A program made the translations under genes and the position numbers. From an uncultured Spirochaetota bacterium (GTDB taxonomy: Bacteria; Spirochaetota; UBA4802; UBA5550), in assembly GCA_963827275.1 (NCBI GenBank), contig CAWHAA010000010.1, positions 416,001-480,000 on the forward strand: 64,000 bases of DNA. Reading direction: 5' to 3'. Under the pieces are notes generated by a model, which did not search any database, was not told the origin of the DNA, and saw nothing but the letters and a program-made list of their open reading frames with translations. Below, piece after piece: positions 52,374 through 61,687 of this stretch (position 1 is the first letter of the stretch; each line of letters opens with the position of its first letter).

Positions 52374-52857
52374 TGATCATGTCAACTCCCCCCTGTCCCC
52401 CGTAGGGGGCACGTAGGATTTTACTTTCTCTGTTAATTCTTTCTTGATCTTAACAACGACTGAATCAATGTCTTTCATAACTTGATCATTAACAAATCGC
52501 AATGTCGTGATCCCGAGACTCTTCATGAAATCGTCACGGTATTCATCACAGTCTTTTCTTTCTCTATGGATGTCTCCGTCCAATTCAATTGCCAGAAATC
52601 TTTCATCACAGTAAAAATCAAGAATATAGCGATATATTGGATGCTGGGATCTGAACCTGTATCCCTCAAGCTATTTATTCTTCAACCTCTGCCATAATAA
52701 CTGTTCACTGACAGTTAAATTATTTCGCATATTTCTTGACAGTTGAATAATATAATCCGGTGTTTTAACGCCGTTATTCATTTGCCTTTACATCCAGCCC
52801 CTTGATTCGTGCCCCCTACGGGCGCCGTGCTGAGCTTGTCGAAGCGGGACAGGGGGG
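52374..52857. mobile_element. Putative DUF559 element with inverted hairpin ends
   Basis: Left CCCCCCTGTCCCCCGTAGGGGGCACG; right CGTGCCCCCTACGGG-[~23 nt insert]-GGGACAGGGGGG; AT-rich DUF559 gene between. Confidence 0.7.
52377..52781 (-). pseudogene. DUF559 (Vsr-like PD-(D/E)xK) endonuclease with an in-frame TAG at codon 37
   Basis: MNNGVKTPDYIIQLSRNMRNNLTVSEQLLWQRLKNK*LEGYRFRSQHPIYRYILDFYCDERFLAIELDGDIH...RDDFMKSLGITTLRF; stop at 52671-52673. Confidence 0.9.
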
Positions 52858-52864
52858 TCGTGAG

Positions 52865-54113
52865 TTATTTGTGTCTCCCTATCACTTCCCGGTATTTCGC
52901 GAACACCTTCCGGTCGGAAAGTATGCCCTCGTGGTCCACGTCAAACGGGAATGTTTCCCGCGCGCCGCTGTAGGCGCGCTCGTCAAGGGCCCGGCCCTTT
53001 GCGACGCCGTCGGCCGTCCCGTAAAAGAGGTAGTAGCGCAGGCCGTCCGGCAGCTTCGCCCGCAGCGCCCGGTCTATGAAGGCGCTGGCCGACGTGACGT
53101 CGTACCAGACCGGGAGCTTCTTCGACGGGAAACGGAAGGCGTTGTCGGCGGACTCGAAGCCGCCCCACGGCGAGGCGAGGGTCACATAGACCGTCACGTT
53201 GATGCCAGCCCTCTTCAGGTCATACCGGGTAAGCATGTCCCTGGTGATAAGGCCGCCCATGCTGTGAGCGGTGATGCAGATGGCGGAAAAGCCGAATTTT
53301 TTCCTGAGGTCTTTCAACGCCTCGAACAGGAGCCGCGAGGCAAGGCCGAGCCGGATGCCCGAAGGGTAGTAAAAGAACCAGGGCTGGTAGCGCTTCGCGT
53401 CCAGCCTGAACAGGAAATAGGCCCAGTTCTGCGGGCTGCCCTGCGCGCCGTGGACAAAGAGCACCGGCACCCTGCCCGGGTCGTAGTCCCGGTGCAAGGA
53501 AGATGTTCGCGCCGAAGGCCTTCATGAAGGCAGAGGGCGACCACCAGCCGATCTCGGCGTTCCCGGCGCAGAACCGCTCGTCGTATAAACGGGCCACCGT
53601 GCCGTTGGCCGCCAGGCGGGGAGCCGATGCGGGATCATCCTTCAGACGGAACGGGCGGGGAACGGCCCCTGCCGCGGCCCGCCCCGCTCCCTCGGCAATC
53701 AGGACATCGGTTTTCACCTCATCAACCCCCACCTGAATAACGCCCGGTCCGCCCCCCGCGCCGGCGCCGCGATAGGCGCCGGAGACCCCGGTCTCGTCAA
53801 AGACGCCATCGCCGTCAGCATCGCGGACGGAATAGAGGCGGTATGCCCCGGCGGCGAGATAGAGGCTGAAGGGCCCGGGGCGCTCCAGTATGACATGGTC
53901 CTCCGCGGGCGCGGCCGCGCCGTCCGCGCGGCAGGCCAGCACCAGTACCGGGCCGCCCTCCGCGCCGGAGACCCGCCCCAGTATCACGGATGAATTGTAT
54001 TCCCGGGCCCGTCCCTTCTGCACATCGTCCCGCGTGCCGATGGAGAGATACCCGCACGCGCCGATCGACACGATGCAGAGAAGCGCAAGCGCCGTTCCTG
54101 CGGTTTTTCCCAC
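52865..54113 (-). CDS. Alpha/beta-hydrolase (lipase-like) lipoprotein; frameshift near 53500
   Basis: Lipobox IGAC; PVLFVHGAQGSP, TAHSMGG nucleophile elbow, TLASPWGG, DHEGIL. Confidence 0.8.
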
Positions 54114-54114
54114 G

Positions 54115-55188
54115 CTACTTCCCCGTCCCTGTTTTTTTCGCGATGAGGGCGGCGATCTCATCGAACCTGTTTTCCCGCGCGATCATTTCAGCGGTCTTCC
54201 CCTCGCTGTTCCTGATGGATATGTCAGCGCCGTGCTCCAGGAGCCAGGATACGGTATCATGATAGCCGTAGTAGGCCGCCGTCATGAGGGCGGTCATGCC
54301 GCTCCCGTCCTTCCGGTCGGGGTCCGCGCCCCCGCCCACCAGCACCGGCACCTGGTCCAGCCAGCGGTTGTATATGGCGAAATGAAGCGGCGTCCCGCCG
54401 TCGGGCCCGCGCGCATTGAGGTCCGCGCCCCTCCTGATGAGCGCGGGGAGAAGGACGTTCAGCCCCAGGGAGAGCGCGAGGACCGCCGCCGGCCGCCCCT
54501 CCCGGTCCTTCGCGTCCGGGCCGGCGCCGTGGGAAAGGAGGAGCTCCGCCATGTCGGCATACCGGCTCTCCATGGCGACGATAAGGGGCGCCGTTGCCCC
54601 GGCATCGGGATCGGCGCCCTTCTTCAGCAGCAGCGCGGCAAGGTCGAATTGGCGGTATTCAAGCGCCGCGACCAGGGGGGTCTTCCCCTGGCTGTTCCGC
54701 GCATTGACGTCGGCGCCGGACCCGATAAGGACCGCGGCGATGTCGCCGTATCCCCGGCAGACCGCCTTCATGAGGGCGGTGTCCCCCGCGCTGTCCGCGC
54801 CTGCGGTCCTGGCGCCGATGTCCATCAGGTAGCGCGCGGTCCCGGGCCGGCCGCTGTCAAGGGCGATCATGAAGGCGCTCCTGCCGTCCTGGTCTGTCGC
54901 GTTGATGTCCGCCCCCTTTGATACCAGATATTCAACCAGGCCGTCATGACCGCTGCGCGCGGCATACATGCACGCTGTCCATCCGTAGGCGTCCCGTCCG
55001 TTTGCCGCGGCGAGCCGCTCCTCGACGCAGCGCATGGCCGCGATCAGGTCGCCCCGCTCAGCGGCGCTGTTAAGGTATCCCTGGGGGTCGTGGTATGAAC
55101 GGGAGAGGTCCGTATTGACCGTGCGGAGCTTCGGGGCCGAGCAGGCACAGGCGAGCGCAATGAGCGCGATTGAACATAGTGCCTTCAT
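54115..55188 (-). CDS. Ankyrin-repeat lipoprotein
   Basis: About 9 GxTAL/TPL...GAD repeats; LACAC lipobox. Confidence 0.92.
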   Translation of the reverse strand: MKALCSIALIALACACSAPKLRTVNTDLSRSYHDPQGYLNSAAERGDLIAAMRCVEERLAAANGRDAYGWTACMYAARSGHDGLVEYLVSKGADINATDQDGRSAFMIALDSGRPGTARYLMDIGARTAGADSAGDTALMKAVCRGYGDIAAVLIGSGADVNARNSQGKTPLVAALEYRQFDLAALLLKKGADPDAGATAPLIVAMESRYADMAELLLSHGAGPDAKDREGRPAAVLALSLGLNVLLPALIRRGADLNARGPDGGTPLHFAIYNRWLDQVPVLVGGGADPDRKDGSGMTALMTAAYYGYHDTVSWLLEHGADISIRNSEGKTAEMIARENRFDEIAALIAKKTGTGK

Positions 55189-55190
55189 GA

Positions 55191-55355
55191 TGATGTCACC
55201 CCCCCTCTCCCCCGGGAACGCATACGCTTGATCATGTCAACTCCCCCCTGCCCCCCGGGAACGCATACGCTTGATCATGTCAACTCCCCCCTGCCCCCCA
55301 GGGAACGCATACGCTTGATCATGTCAACTCCCCCCTGCCCCCCGGAGGGGGCACG
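55191..55355. repeat. Tandem 43-44 bp repeat x3 plus a degenerate copy: amplified left end of a DUF559 element
   Basis: GGGAACGCATACGCTTGATCATGTCAACTCCCCCCTGCCCCCC at 55214, 55257 and 55301; ends GGAGGGGGCACG. Confidence 0.92.
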
Positions 55356-55380
55356 TGCGATCATGCTTATACTAACAACT

Positions 55381-55435
55381 CTTTTGTCCCTTGCCAGTTG
55401 AACAACATAATCAGGCGTTTTAATACCTTTATGCT
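55381..55435 (-). pseudogene. 5' remnant of a second DUF559 gene
   Basis: HKGIKTPDYVVQLARD versus NNGVKTPDYIIQLSRN at 52781. Confidence 0.75.
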
Positions 55436-55450
55436 TAGTACCTGATAACA

Positions 55451-55638
55451 AGCCCCCTCAACCGTGCCCCCTGCGGGGGACAGGGGGGGAATTCAGCCCC
55501 CTCAACCGTGCCCCCTGCGGGGGACAGGGGGGGAATTCAGCCCCCTCAACCGTGCCCCCTGCGGGGGACAGGGGGGAATTCAGTCCCCTCATTCGTGCCC
55601 TCTGCGGGGCAAAGCACTGAGCCTGTCGAAGCGGACAG
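55451..55638. repeat. Tandem 44 bp repeat x3 plus a variant copy: amplified right end of a DUF559 element
   Basis: AGCCCCCTCAACCGTGCCCCCTGCGGGGGACAGGGGGGGAATTC at 55451, 55495 and 55539; the last variant carries CTGAGCCTGTCGAAGC like the insert near 52830. Confidence 0.92.
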
Positions 55639-55649
55639 AAGAGTTTACG

Positions 55650-56624
55650 CTACAGGCTGATCATCTCTATAAACACCGCCACCGCGAGCAGGAGGTCGGT
55701 ACCGAGGACCGTCACCACGTTCATACCCAGGGCGGGCGGGAGCTTCTTCATATCATCATAATATTTCAGCGTGGTCATCCCCGCCTTCACGGCGAGCGGG
55801 AGCGTCAGGAACCCCAGGAGCAGCCACCACGATGAATAGCCGAGCAGGGGCACGATCAATATGGAGAGGTAGGTCGCGGCCAGGCCCGCGACGTAGAGAT
55901 ACGATGCCTTTTTCCGGCCAAGCCAGATCACCAGGTGAAAGCGCCCGCCGCCCGTGTCAGCCTCCACGTCGGGGAACTCGTTCAGGTAGAGGAGGAGCGC
56001 CGTCAGGATGCCCGGCGGGACGGAGATGAGCACCACGTTTGCCGGGAACAGCCCGCACGCCGCGTCGCCGGGAGCGGCGACCATCGCGATGTAGGTCCCG
56101 ATCACCACGAGGGACCCGAGGCTCAGGCCCGCGAAGAACTCGCCCAGCAGGACCTTCGCGAAATGGGTGGTGTAAAAAACGATCGATATGCCGCCGATCA
56201 GCATGATGATCCCGATCATCCAGTGCGACAGTATAAAAAAATACAATCCGATGATGAAGGCCCAGGATATCGTCAGCCACGCGGCCGTGCTCACCGCTAT
56301 CGGCGTGGTCACGCCCGACTGGATCAGGCCCGTGCCGCCGCTGAAGGGCGTGCGCTTCGTGTGATTATCGATCCCGGTCCGGGAATCGGAATACTCGTTG
56401 AAGAGGTTCACCGACGCGTGGGCGATCACCACGCCCAGCATCACAAGGATTGCATCGATAACGCTGAAGCCCTTCACGACGAGACCGAAAACATTTCCTT
56501 CAGCGATCTGCCTGAAATGCAGGCCCGCAAGGGCGAGCCCCAGCAGGACAAGAAACACCGCAAGCAGAAGAAAATTGCTCCGCACCTGGCCGGCCCAGGC
56601 CTTGACAACTTCACGTTTTAGCAT
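55650..56624 (-). CDS. menA: UbiA-family prenyltransferase (MenA-like)
   Basis: NLFNEYSDSRTGID, TPFSGG, LNEFPDVEAD; about 9 TM. Confidence 0.82.
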   Translation of the reverse strand: MLKREVVKAWAGQVRSNFLLLAVFLVLLGLALAGLHFRQIAEGNVFGLVVKGFSVIDAILVMLGVVIAHASVNLFNEYSDSRTGIDNHTKRTPFSGGTGLIQSGVTTPIAVSTAAWLTISWAFIIGLYFFILSHWMIGIIMLIGGISIVFYTTHFAKVLLGEFFAGLSLGSLVVIGTYIAMVAAPGDAACGLFPANVVLISVPPGILTALLLYLNEFPDVEADTGGGRFHLVIWLGRKKASYLYVAGLAATYLSILIVPLLGYSSWWLLLGFLTLPLAVKAGMTTLKYYDDMKKLPPALGMNVVTVLGTDLLLAVAVFIEMISL

Positions 56625-56650
56625 AGAGAACTCCGAATGAATTATTCTCT

Positions 56651-56865
56651 CCCCTGTCCCCGTAGGGGGCACGGAGGAATTCAGCACCTTGATTCGTGCC
56701 CCCTGCGGGGGACAGGGGAATTCAGCCCCTCACCCGCGCTCCGCGCACCCTCTCCCATTAAACCCGGAAAAAAGGAGAGGGTTTCTGAGGTAAAATATTT
56801 ATTCCTTTGTATCCCCCTCTCCTTTCTTCATTTTTTAACGGGAGAGGGGGACCAAGGGGGTAAGG
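56651..56865. repeat. Empty DUF559-type end doublet followed by CCCTCTCCC/GGGAGAGGG REP-like palindromes
   Basis: CCCCTGTCCCCGTAGGGGGCACG-21nt-CGTGCCCCCTGCGGGGGACAGGGG (56651-56718), then CCCTCACCC..CCCTCTCCC..GGAGAGGG..CCCCCTCTCC..GGGAGAGGGGG. Confidence 0.85.
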
Positions 56866-56873
56866 TGCCTGTA

Positions 56874-57635
56874 TCAATCTTTCTTCTTCTTCATAAACAT
56901 TTCAATCAAATCAATCGGGATCGGGAAGAGCGTGGTGGAATTCTTCTCCGCCGATATCTCGCGCAGGGTCTGGAGATAGCGCAGCTGCAGTGACATCGGG
57001 TGCTCTTCCATGAGCGCTGCCGCATCCACCATCTTCTGGGCCGCCTGGAACTCTCCCTCGGCGCCGATGACCTTGGACCGGCGCTCCCGCTCCGCTTCCG
57101 CCTGCTTCGCGATCGCCCGCTGCATCTCCTGGGGAAGGTCCACGTTCTTCACGTCAACGTTGGAGACCTTGATGCCCCACGGCTCGGTATGGGTGTCCAG
57201 CACCTTCTGGAGCTCGGCGTTGATCCGGTCCCGCGCCGACAGGAGGTCGTCCAGCTCCACCTGCCCGAGGATGCTCCGCAGCGTCGTCTGCGACATCTGC
57301 GACGTGGCGTACATGTAATCGTCCACCTCGGTGATGGCGCGGTTCGGCTCGATGACCCTGAAATAGACGACCGCGTTGACCTTCACCGACACGTTGTCCT
57401 TGGTGATGATGTCCTGGGGCGGCACTTCCATGGCCACGAGCCGCAGGTTCACCCGCACCCACCGGTCGATCACGGGGATGATGATGATAATGCCGGGGCC
57501 CTTGGCGCTCTTGAGGAGCCTCCCCAGCCTGAACACGACCGCGCGCTCATATTCCTTCACGATCTTGATGGATGAGATGAGTATGAATAGACCGATAATG
57601 ATAATGCTCATGACGAGACTTGATCCGAACAGCAT
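56874..57635 (-). CDS. Slipin / SPFH (band 7) protein
   Basis: [46 protein letters not shown]. Confidence 0.95.
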   Translation of the reverse strand: MLFGSSLVMSIIIIGLFILISSIKIVKEYERAVVFRLGRLLKSAKGPGIIIIIPVIDRWVRVNLRLVAMEVPPQDIITKDNVSVKVNAVVYFRVIEPNRAITEVDDYMYATSQMSQTTLRSILGQVELDDLLSARDRINAELQKVLDTHTEPWGIKVSNVDVKNVDLPQEMQRAIAKQAEAERERRSKVIGAEGEFQAAQKMVDAAALMEEHPMSLQLRYLQTLREISAEKNSTTLFPIPIDLIEMFMKKKKD

Positions 57636-57665
57636 GTGAGACCTCCTTTTTTATATGCGCGCCTG

Positions 57666-58973
57666 TCAGGCGCGCTTTTTGACCTTCAGCACCATTCCTT
57701 CCACTTCCATCACGACGACCGTGTCGTCCTTCGCCAGCGCGTCGCCGCTCACCGCGTCCCATATCTCGCCGTACACGCGGACCGTTCCCCTGCCCTGTTC
57801 ATCGAAATCGGACAGGGCGGTCCCCATCATGCCGACAAGGCCCTCGCGGCCCGTGGTCACCTGCGACCGGTGGACGCGGAGCACCGCGCGCACCACGATA
57901 AAGAAGAACGCCAGGAGCACCAGGGCCATCGCTATGATTGTCGACATCGGTATTGAACCTCCGGGGAGGGGGGAATCAAACAGTATCATGGACCCGAACA
58001 CGAAGGAGGCGATGCCGCCCGCCGTGAGGAGCCCGTAGCTCGCTATCTTCAGCTCGAGAATGAAGAGCACGATCGCCAGAATGATCAGGAAAATCCCGGC
58101 GATATTGACCGGGAGGATGCGGACCGCGAGGAAAAAAAGGAAGAGCGACGCCGCGCCGAGGACGCCCGGCACGATGAGCCCGGGGCTCTTGACCTCGATG
58201 CCGATGCCCGCCACCGCCAGCACCAGGAGGATGAGCACCATCTGCGGGTCGGCGAAAAAGTTGACGAACCGCTGCTTCCAGTCCATCGGGTATTCCACCG
58301 CCGCCCACGGGCCGGTCCTGAGCGTCACCGTCTTCCCGTTCATGGCCACGCGCCGGCCGTCGAGCTTCTTCATGAGGTCCGGCATGTCCTCCGCGATAAA
58401 ATCGATCACGTTCTCGCGCTGCGCCTCCAGGTAGGTGCTCGACACCGCGTTCTTCACGGCCCGCTCGGCCCAGGCGACGTTCCTGTTCCGCTTCTGCGCG
58501 AGGCTCTTCGCGTACGCGACCATGTCGTTCAGCACCTTCTTTCGCCATCACGTCGGCGGGGTCGCCGTCCTTCTCGCGCGGGATGAAATCGAGCATGGGG
58601 CTCACCGGGTGCATGGCGCCGATCTCGGTGCCCGGCGCCATCACCGCCACGTGGGCGGCGAGCATGATGTACCCGCCGGCGGAGGCCGCCTGCGCCCCCT
58701 TCGGGTAGGTGAAGGCCACGACCGGCGCGTCGGAGGACATGATGGCCTTGATGATCTCGCGCATGGAATCGACCAGCCCGCCCGGCGTGTCGATCAGGAG
58801 CACGATGCAGCGCGCGCCGTCCGCGTTCGCCTTTTTTATGGAGGCCGCGAGGTACTCCGACACGATGGGGTTCACGCTCCCTTCCAGCTTCAACAGCGCA
58901 TAGCGCTCCTTCGCGAGAAGGGGCGCGGAAAGGAGAGCAACGGCGATGACGATAGAAGTATTATACGTTTCAT
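57666..58973 (-). CDS. nfeD: NfeD membrane-bound serine protease; frameshifts near 58955 and 58540
   Basis: IDTPGGL, AQAASAG, GTEIGAMHPV, then RNVAWAE, GLVGMMG, VYGEIWDA; upstream of slipin. Confidence 0.9.
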
Positions 58974-59015
58974 AATAATTACCTTCTTTGAAATCGACCG
59001 ACTTCAGAGTTATAG

Positions 59016-59040
59016 CCCCCCGTCCCCCGTCGGGGGCACG
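59016..59040. repeat. Solo DUF559-type end
   Basis: CCCCCCGTCCCCCGTCGGGGGCACG. Confidence 0.75.
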
Positions 59041-59101
59041 TACTATTTCGCTGTACTGCAGATAACGATAATCTCGGTGCATGCACAAATTCAATCCATA
59101 T

Positions 59102-60585
59102 CTACCCGCTCCATTTCATGGAATCGGGTCTGCAGGACAATGATACTACAAGGCCCCAGGGCCGCACGGCTGACGGCGCCCCCGCCAGCGCGTCCATCAT
59201 CGACCGCGCCTTTTCATAGATGCCGTCGAACCCGCCGTTTGACATTATCAGTATGATGTTCTCTTCGTCAAGGGAGATGTTATTTTCGATGAACCCGAGC
59301 ATCTCGTCGGCTCCCGGGAACAGGTGCGCGTCCCGGTTGAAGGCCCGTATGTCGTCAAGGAGCCTGGCCGGATCGAGCCTGCTGCCGCCCGGGACGGCAG
59401 AGCCCTCGTAGGGGGTCCGTATGAGGACGATGTCCGCCGGCTCGAACGAGCGCGGCAGCACGTCCTGGAACACGTTCCGCCGCGACGTGGCCGAGCGCGG
59501 CTCGTACAGCGCCCAGAGGCGCGCGCCGGGATAGCGGTCCCGCATGGTCCCGAGCACGTAGCGCACCGCGGTGGGATGGTGCGCGAAATCCTCGTATATT
59601 TTGACATTGTTGCGATCGTAGATGAGCTCCTGCCTGCGCTTCACGCCGAGGAACGAGGCCATCCCCTTCGCGATGCCGGCCTCCGGCGCGCCCAGGAGCC
59701 GCGCCATGGCGGCCGCGGCAAGGACGTTCTCGTAGTTGAAGCCGCCGAAGAGCCGGGTCTTCAGGGAAAAGCCCCCCTGCGGGGAGGCGATATCCAGGGA
59801 GGAGAAATCACCCTCGTAGCCGCGGAACGAGTAGCTGAAATCGGCCGCCCCGCTCCCGTAGGAAAAACGCCGGGAATAGGATTTCGCCACGATCTCATGG
59901 AGGTTCGTCGTAGTCGGCCGAATAGAGGAGCGTGCCGTCCGAGGGGACCATGTTCACGAGCCTCCTGAACCAGAGCTCGATCTCGGCCAGGTCGCGGTAG
60001 ATGTCCGCGTGGTCGAACTCGAGGGAGGTGAGCAGCAGGTGCGCCGGCCGGTAAAAAACGAACTTCGGCACCTTCTCGAAAAAGGCGGAATCGTACTCAT
60101 CCGCCTCTATGACGAAATACCGCCCCGTGCCGAGCCGGTAGCTGGCATCGTAATTCCTGGCGACGCCGCCCACGAAAAAGGAGGGCGACATGCCCCGATT
60201 CCTCGAGGAGGTGCGCCAGCAGCGCCGTCGTGGTGCTCTTGCCGTGCGTGCCGGCGACCGCGACCACCTCTTTATCATGGAGGAAGAAGGCGTAGAGCGC
60301 CTGCGCCATCGACATATAGGGGAGCCGGGCGTTCAGCACGTGCTCCACCTCCGGGTTTCCCCTGCTGATGGCGTTCCCGACAATGACCAGGTCGGGGGAA
60401 TCGATAGTGTCCGCGCTGAACCCCGTGCAGAGCCGCACGCCGCTCTTCCGGAGGACATCGCTCATCGGCGGATACATGTTCTGGTCGGAACCGGACACGG
60501 CGTACCCCCGCTCATGGAACATCGACGCGAGCGTGCCCATGGCGACGCCGCAGATGCCGATCATGTGGATCTTTTTCACCTTCAC
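59102..60585 (-). CDS. mpl: Murein peptide ligase (Mpl, MurC-like); frameshifts near 60200 and 59900; 3' end approximate
   Basis: IHMIGICGVAMG, YPPMS, GNAISRGNPE, AGTHGKSTTT, EADEYDSAFF, LEFDHADIY, EDFAHHPT, EPRSATSRR, MSNGGF. Confidence 0.88.
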
Positions 60586-60890
60586 TCGGCGCAGTAGCTC
60601 TCCTGTAGTATCTCGACCCGTACCAGCTCACGCCGGCCGTCCCTGACGACATAGGAGGCCTCGACCTTCTGGCATATCGCGACAGCGCCCCGGTCGGCCT
60701 CCCTGCCGTTGACCAGCACCTTTGACTCCCCGGTCCAGTAGAGGGTGTACTCCTTCGCTTTTTTCTTTATCTCGATCGACGTATCCGACGCGCTGATGAC
60801 CAGTCCGGCCACGGTCGAGGTCCCGGCCGCATACGCACCGACGATTCCCATCATAATAACGAGAAGACCCGCGCATATCACCTTTTTCAT
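60582..60890 (-). CDS. Small secreted OB-fold-like protein
   Basis: Signal peptide; beta-rich; overlaps the mpl start. Confidence 0.7.
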   Translation of the reverse strand: MKKVICAGLLVIMMGIVGAYAAGTSTVAGLVISASDTSIEIKKKAKEYTLYWTGESKVLVNGREADRGAVAICQKVEASYVVRDGRRELVRVEILQESYCAE

Positions 60891-61086
60891 TTTTCTCTAC
60901 CCCCATGGATATGATAGAACCTTCGATAAAACAAAACTAATATACCGGCATAAATATTTCAAATAATTAATAAGAATAGACAGGGATGCAACAGCATGGG
61001 ACCCGCACGTACAGAGCAGAGAATTCCCCGATAAAAAACAGGATACGGCTTAAACGCCCCATCCGCGGCGGGATTCGCTTAATTAA

Positions 61087-61115
61087 TTGACAAAATACGG
61101 TCAACCGGGTATATT
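61087..61115 (+). promoter_or_regulatory. Sigma70-type promoter
   Basis: TTGACA-17-TATATT, 20 nt upstream of ORF 61136. Confidence 0.65.
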
Positions 61116-61135
61116 TGACGTAATAAAACAGTTCC

Positions 61136-61681
61136 ATGCAGGCCATGAAAAAGAAAATAACCTTCCACCGCTCCCTGTGCGCAATCGCCGTCATGGTGTT
61201 ATGCATATCCCGTCTGGCCGCAGCTCCGGCGTACGAATGGGGGACCCCGCTCGACCAGCTGAAAAAATCGCTCCCCTCGGACAAGGAAGCGACGCAATTT
61301 ACGCCAAAGGAAAAGCCGAAATACAAGAACAAGCTCCTGAGCTACATCACCGCGATCGACGGCAACCTGGTTGAAAAGATCATCATCGTGCGCCTGAAAG
61401 CCCGGCCCGTGGTCGATTACCTCTTCGTCAACAACAAGCTCTATACCATCATGGAAAACTGGGGCAAGGTGGACGAAAAGACCGCGAAGGAGATCGAGGC
61501 CAACCTGAACGGCCTGTACGGCCAGCCCCTGGTGCAGCAGGACAAGAACTTCTACATCTATTCATACAATACCGACAAGACCAAGGTGCTCTGCTATTTA
61601 ATGAAGAACACCGACGGCACCTCCACCTGCAAGGTGTACTATTACACCAGGAAGCTCTTCAGGATGCTGATTACCGAGTAA
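61136..61681 (+). CDS. Secreted hypothetical protein
   Basis: Signal peptide; WGTPLDQL start of the mature part; host codon usage. Confidence 0.75.
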   Translation: MQAMKKKITFHRSLCAIAVMVLCISRLAAAPAYEWGTPLDQLKKSLPSDKEATQFTPKEKPKYKNKLLSYITAIDGNLVEKIIIVRLKARPVVDYLFVNNKLYTIMENWGKVDEKTAKEIEANLNGLYGQPLVQQDKNFYIYSYNTDKTKVLCYLMKNTDGTSTCKVYYYTRKLFRMLITE

Positions 61682-61687
61682 TACCCT

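Noticed and set aside
52671..52673. Pyrrolysine or recoded TAG in the DUF559 gene
   Set aside because: The position is most simply a CAG-to-TAG change (KNKQLEG), other genes here use TAG as a normal stop, and no pyl genes are seen.
55191..55638. CRISPR array
   Set aside because: Units are full tandem duplications with no unique spacers, the two blocks are inverted relative to each other, and no cas genes are present.
46967..60585. Programmed ribosomal frameshifting
   Set aside because: Breaks are numerous, fall in unrelated enzymes and share no slippery site or stimulatory structure; sequencing error is more parsimonious.
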